Source: Spirochaetia bacterium (GTDB taxonomy: Bacteria > Spirochaetota > Spirochaetia > DSM-2461). From it: 64,000 nt of DNA. The stretch lies in the NCBI GenBank assembly GCA_963666985.2, contig CAXXIA010000001.1:1056001-1120000 (forward strand), read 5' to 3'. Below the pieces are notes generated by a model. It saw only the letters and a list, made by a program, of their open reading frames with translations, searched no databases and was not told the DNA's origin. Made by a program: the position numbers and the translations under genes. Below, piece after piece: positions 60,624 to 64,000 of this stretch. Each line of letters begins with the position of its first letter. The first letter of the stretch is position 1.

Positions 60624-61961
60624 ATGGTCATTCTCACTCTTAATTGCGGCAGTTCCTCCGCGAAATATCAGGTTTACGACTGGGACAATAAGGATGTTCT
60701 GGGCGTCGGTCTTGTTGAACGAATCGGACAGCCCGAATCCAATCTGGAACACAAAACACACGGTAAAGATGATTACGAAGCATCAAAGTCCTGCCCGGAT
60801 CATCAAGCGGCGGTCGCTTGGATCATGGAAACCCTTGTGGATCCCGAACACGGCTGTCTTGAAGATATGGATTCCATTAAAGCCGTCGGACACCGCATGG
60901 TCCACGGGGCGGAAACCTTTACCAAGTCCGTTATCGTCGACGATTCGGTGCTTGCGGATCTGGAAGCCTGCTGCCATTTGGCTCCTCTCCATAATCCGGC
61001 GAATCTGACGGGTATCCGGGCGGCGCAAGCCGTTCTTCCGAACATTCCTCATTGCGCGGTTATGGACACGGCTTGGCATCAGACCATGCCCTCCACCAGC
61101 TTCATGTATGCCCTCCCTTATCAGTGGTATAAAAAGCACGGAGTCAGGCGTTACGGATTCCACGGAACCAGCTATATTTACACGGCGAAAAGAGCCGCTG
61201 TTCTTCTCGGCAAAGATCCGATGAAGACCAACGTTATCATCGCGCATATCGGAAACGGAGCGTCCATGTGCGCCGTGAAAAACGGCCGGGCATACGATAC
61301 CTCCATGGGAATGACTCCCCTGGAAGGACTGATCATGGGCACCCGTTCCGGAGATATGGATCCGGCGATTGTAACCTACATGATGAAAACAGAGGGAATG
61401 AGCCCCGACGGAATGGACACCACACTGAATAAGAAAAGCGGGATTCTGGGTGTAACCGAAAAATACATCGACAGAAGAGATGTTCACAGCGGCGTGAAAA
61501 ACGGTGACGAACGATGCACCCTGGCTTTGGAAATGGAATGCTACCGTATCCGCAAGTATATCGGCGCTTATTACGCCGCCCTCGGCAGAGTGGATGCCGT
61601 TGTTTTCACGGCGGGTGTCGGCGAGATGAATCCGACCTACCGAAAAGAAACATTGAAAGGTTTGGAGAATCTGGGAATCAAACTTGACGAGAAAAAGAAT
61701 GATATTTCCCATTCCAGAAACGCCGAAACCGTCATTTCAGCCGATGATTCTCCGGTTAAAATCTTTGTTATTCCAACGGATGAAGAACTTGTCATGACCG
61801 AGGATGCTTACGCGCTGATGAACGGTACCTACGATGTGCATACATCCTTTGAATATACATTCCAGAAACCCGGCTACAGGAACAAAGCCCGGGATGCGGC
61901 TCTCGCCGGCGATATCGCGAAGAATCCCGATCTTAAATCCATTCTTGCGAATCCGGCCTAA
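60624..61961 (+). CDS. ackA: acetate kinase
   Basis: [45 protein letters not shown]. Confidence 0.97.
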   Translation: MVILTLNCGSSSAKYQVYDWDNKDVLGVGLVERIGQPESNLEHKTHGKDDYEASKSCPDHQAAVAWIMETLVDPEHGCLEDMDSIKAVGHRMVHGAETFTKSVIVDDSVLADLEACCHLAPLHNPANLTGIRAAQAVLPNIPHCAVMDTAWHQTMPSTSFMYALPYQWYKKHGVRRYGFHGTSYIYTAKRAAVLLGKDPMKTNVIIAHIGNGASMCAVKNGRAYDTSMGMTPLEGLIMGTRSGDMDPAIVTYMMKTEGMSPDGMDTTLNKKSGILGVTEKYIDRRDVHSGVKNGDERCTLALEMECYRIRKYIGAYYAALGRVDAVVFTAGVGEMNPTYRKETLKGLENLGIKLDEKKNDISHSRNAETVISADDSPVKIFVIPTDEELVMTEDAYALMNGTYDVHTSFEYTFQKPGYRNKARDAALAGDIAKNPDLKSILANPA

Positions 61962-61966
61962 CTAAG

Positions 61967-62749
61967 ATGAAGAAGCAACGCCGTTTGATACTCCATCTGC
62001 CGAATACGATCACATTGATGAATTTGGCGCTAGGATGTCTGGCCGCCACCGAAGCTTGGAACGGTTCCGTGAATCGCGCAGCTTTGTATATTCTTATCTG
62101 TGCGGTTCTTGATTTTCTGGACGGTTTCGCGGCCAGAATGCTCGGAGCGTATTCGGAATTGGGGAAACAGCTTGATTCCCTGGCGGATCTTATTTCTTTC
62201 GGCGTTGCTCCGGCCGCTATCGCCTCTTCGCTGCTTTCTTCCGCTCTGACGGCTTTCGGATGGTCCGGTCGGCCGTTTGCTGCCGTCTTGTCGACGATTC
62301 TGCCTTTGTTCATTCCGGTTTTCTCGGCGATTCGGCTCGGCAGATTCAATATTACCGTACGGAAAAGTTCTCACTTCAGCGGGATGCCGGTTCCGGCCGA
62401 TGCCATAGCGTTTTCGGCGCTGGCTTTCATTGCGGCGGACAAGATGACGCGAATCGACAGCGTTATCCTGCATCCTCTCTTCATTTCGGCGCTGATTATC
62501 CTGAATTCCGTACTTATGGTGGCGCCGATAGCGATGTTTTCGTTCAAACTCAACAGCTACAATCCCGCGAAAAATCGATTGCGCTATCTCTTTGCCGCAT
62601 CGTCAATCGTGCTTATCGCCATCTTTCGCGGCTACGGACTTCTTGCCGTGTTCTTCCTGTATGTGCTTGCATCGGTTGTGATGAATTTCGTTATCGGCTT
62701 ATCCGAGGAAGCCGGAGAAAAGTCCCCTTCGCCCGCGAAAGCCGACTAA
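61967..62749 (+). CDS. pssA: CDP-alcohol phosphatidyltransferase (phosphatidylserine synthase-like)
   Basis: PNTITLMN, DFLDGFAAR...GKQLDSLADLISFG, IRLGRFN, FSGMPVP. Confidence 0.85.
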   Translation: MKKQRRLILHLPNTITLMNLALGCLAATEAWNGSVNRAALYILICAVLDFLDGFAARMLGAYSELGKQLDSLADLISFGVAPAAIASSLLSSALTAFGWSGRPFAAVLSTILPLFIPVFSAIRLGRFNITVRKSSHFSGMPVPADAIAFSALAFIAADKMTRIDSVILHPLFISALIILNSVLMVAPIAMFSFKLNSYNPAKNRLRYLFAASSIVLIAIFRGYGLLAVFFLYVLASVVMNFVIGLSEEAGEKSPSPAKAD

Positions 62750-62832
62750 TTTTCATCGTATCGACATCTCTCGGCTTCGAAGAGGCCGGCGGCGGGCGGC
62801 CTGATAAACGAATAAAGCGATTTGCGTTTTTA

Positions 62833-63387
62833 TTACGGTGAAAGCAGCACGGCCTCGGCGATGCTTTTTGCTTTATCCCCGCCGCAGAGCGCTTTAATTA
62901 TCGCCATTGAGAATTCTCCCGCCGTTCCGGCCGCCCGGGCCGTAATTATATTTCCGTCGACAACCACTCGGCTCTTTACGGCTTTCCCCGCGGGAACACG
63001 TTCTTCGAATCCGGGATAACAGGTGAAGGATTTTCCATCCAGAAGTCCCAGCGGCCCGAAAATCACGGCCGGTGCGGCGCATATCGCCGCGAGGATTTTC
63101 TTTGAGGATGCCGCCGCCAGACAGATTTGATTAACGGTTTTCGAAGCGGCGAGATTCGAGGCTCCGGGCATCCCGCCGGGCAGAACGATGCAGTCGGGCT
63201 GGAAATCAACGGATTCCGCGGGAAGATCGGCCTCGAGTGTGATTCCATGAGATCCTTTGATCTTCCTTCCGTTAACACCCGCCGTAATCACTTCGGCGCC
63301 GGAACGGCGCAGATAATCAATCGGAGTAACGGCTTCCACTTCTTCAAAACCGTCCGCCAGAAATACGACGATTTTCGGTACGGACAT
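62833..63387 (-). CDS. DJ-1/ThiJ (YajL-like) family protein
   Basis: DGFEEVEA, LPGGMPG, AAICAAP, TCYPGFE, VVVDGNIIT. Confidence 0.93.
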   Translation of the reverse strand: MSVPKIVVFLADGFEEVEAVTPIDYLRRSGAEVITAGVNGRKIKGSHGITLEADLPAESVDFQPDCIVLPGGMPGASNLAASKTVNQICLAAASSKKILAAICAAPAVIFGPLGLLDGKSFTCYPGFEERVPAGKAVKSRVVVDGNIITARAAGTAGEFSMAIIKALCGGDKAKSIAEAVLLSP

Positions 63388-63475
63388 AAAATGACTCCTC
63401 GGGCGCCTTTGCGCCTCACCTACGAGTATAGGTACAATAAAGGTTCGATTGAATAAGTGAATCGGGGAGGATTGC

Positions 63476-64000
63476 TTGATTATTCCGAAAATGCGCGCCG
63501 TCGAAGAGAACGGGTTAAAGCTATATCAATGGCGAATCTTCGATGCCTTCGAAGCGGATGTGGTTTTCTCACTTACATGCCGATTGGGAGGCGAAAGCGA
63601 TTTCCCTTCTTCAAGTTTAAATCTGGGACATACCGTCGGCGACAATCAGAGTTCGTTAATCGGGAACCGCCGCGCGGTCAATCATCTGCTGGGTGCGCGG
63701 GAAGAGACTCCCTGGGCCTACTGCAACCAGGTCCATGGGAATCGAATCGTTTCGGTTGATGCGGAGTTTTCTCAAAAAGATGTTCCCTACGAAGAAGCCG
63801 ACGGACTTATTCTTTCGGATGCCGACATCGTGGCCGCTGTGTTCCTGGCGGACTGCCTTCCCGTCGCCGTCTATGATCCTTATGAAAAAGTCGGAGCTCT
63901 CTGCCATGCCGGATGGAAAGGAACACTCTCCGGAATCGCGGCATCGGCGGTGGAAGCTCTTGTAAAGCGGGGCTGCAGAAGAGCGAATCTCCTGGCGGCG
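63476..64000 (+). CDS. pgeF: peptidoglycan editing factor PgeF/YfiH (3' end outside window)
   Basis: Manual translation: SLNLG, NQVHG, ADGL, ADCLPV, HAGWKG; GGGAGG RBS before TTG 63476. Confidence 0.9.
   Translation, partial: MIIPKMRAVEENGLKLYQWRIFDAFEADVVFSLTCRLGGESDFPSSSLNLGHTVGDNQSSLIGNRRAVNHLLGAREETPWAYCNQVHGNRIVSVDAEFSQKDVPYEEADGLILSDADIVAAVFLADCLPVAVYDPYEKVGALCHAGWKGTLSGIAASAVEALVKRGCRRANLLAA

Noticed and set aside
1..64000. CRISPR array or cas genes
   Set aside because: I saw no regularly spaced direct repeats and no Cas-like ORFs.

Overview
Bacterial chromosomal window, most likely from a spirochete (inferred from spoVG next to rplY, a FapA/DUF342 gene, and spirochete-style signal peptides and lipoboxes). 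Both flanks are housekeeping. The left flank carries rplY, tRNA-Gln, spoVG, tRNA-Arg, a sulfatase, sppA, hrpA, dinB, a sugar ABC/sulfatase cluster and two-component genes. The right flank carries psuG, a TetR regulator, pstSCAB, ackA, a pssA-like gene, a DJ-1 gene and pgeF. The accessory centre (about 27.5-48 kb) holds a nested IS stack (IS21 inside IS3 inside IS481, next to a fourth IS end) and a six-gene, translationally coupled minus-strand operon. That operon encodes a membrane-anchored TPR protein, a predicted outer-membrane beta-barrel, two lipoproteins, a ~3,400-aa signal-peptide/ZU5/SpvB/FG-GAP/RHS polymorphic toxin with a papain/C39-like tip, and an AT-rich ankyrin lipoprotein that is probably the immunity protein. 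It is the best candidate for an undescribed system: a dedicated export or surface-display apparatus for a Sec-exported RHS toxin. Several genes are split by single-base insertions that look like assembly errors. All family assignments come from recognising motifs by eye; no searches were run.
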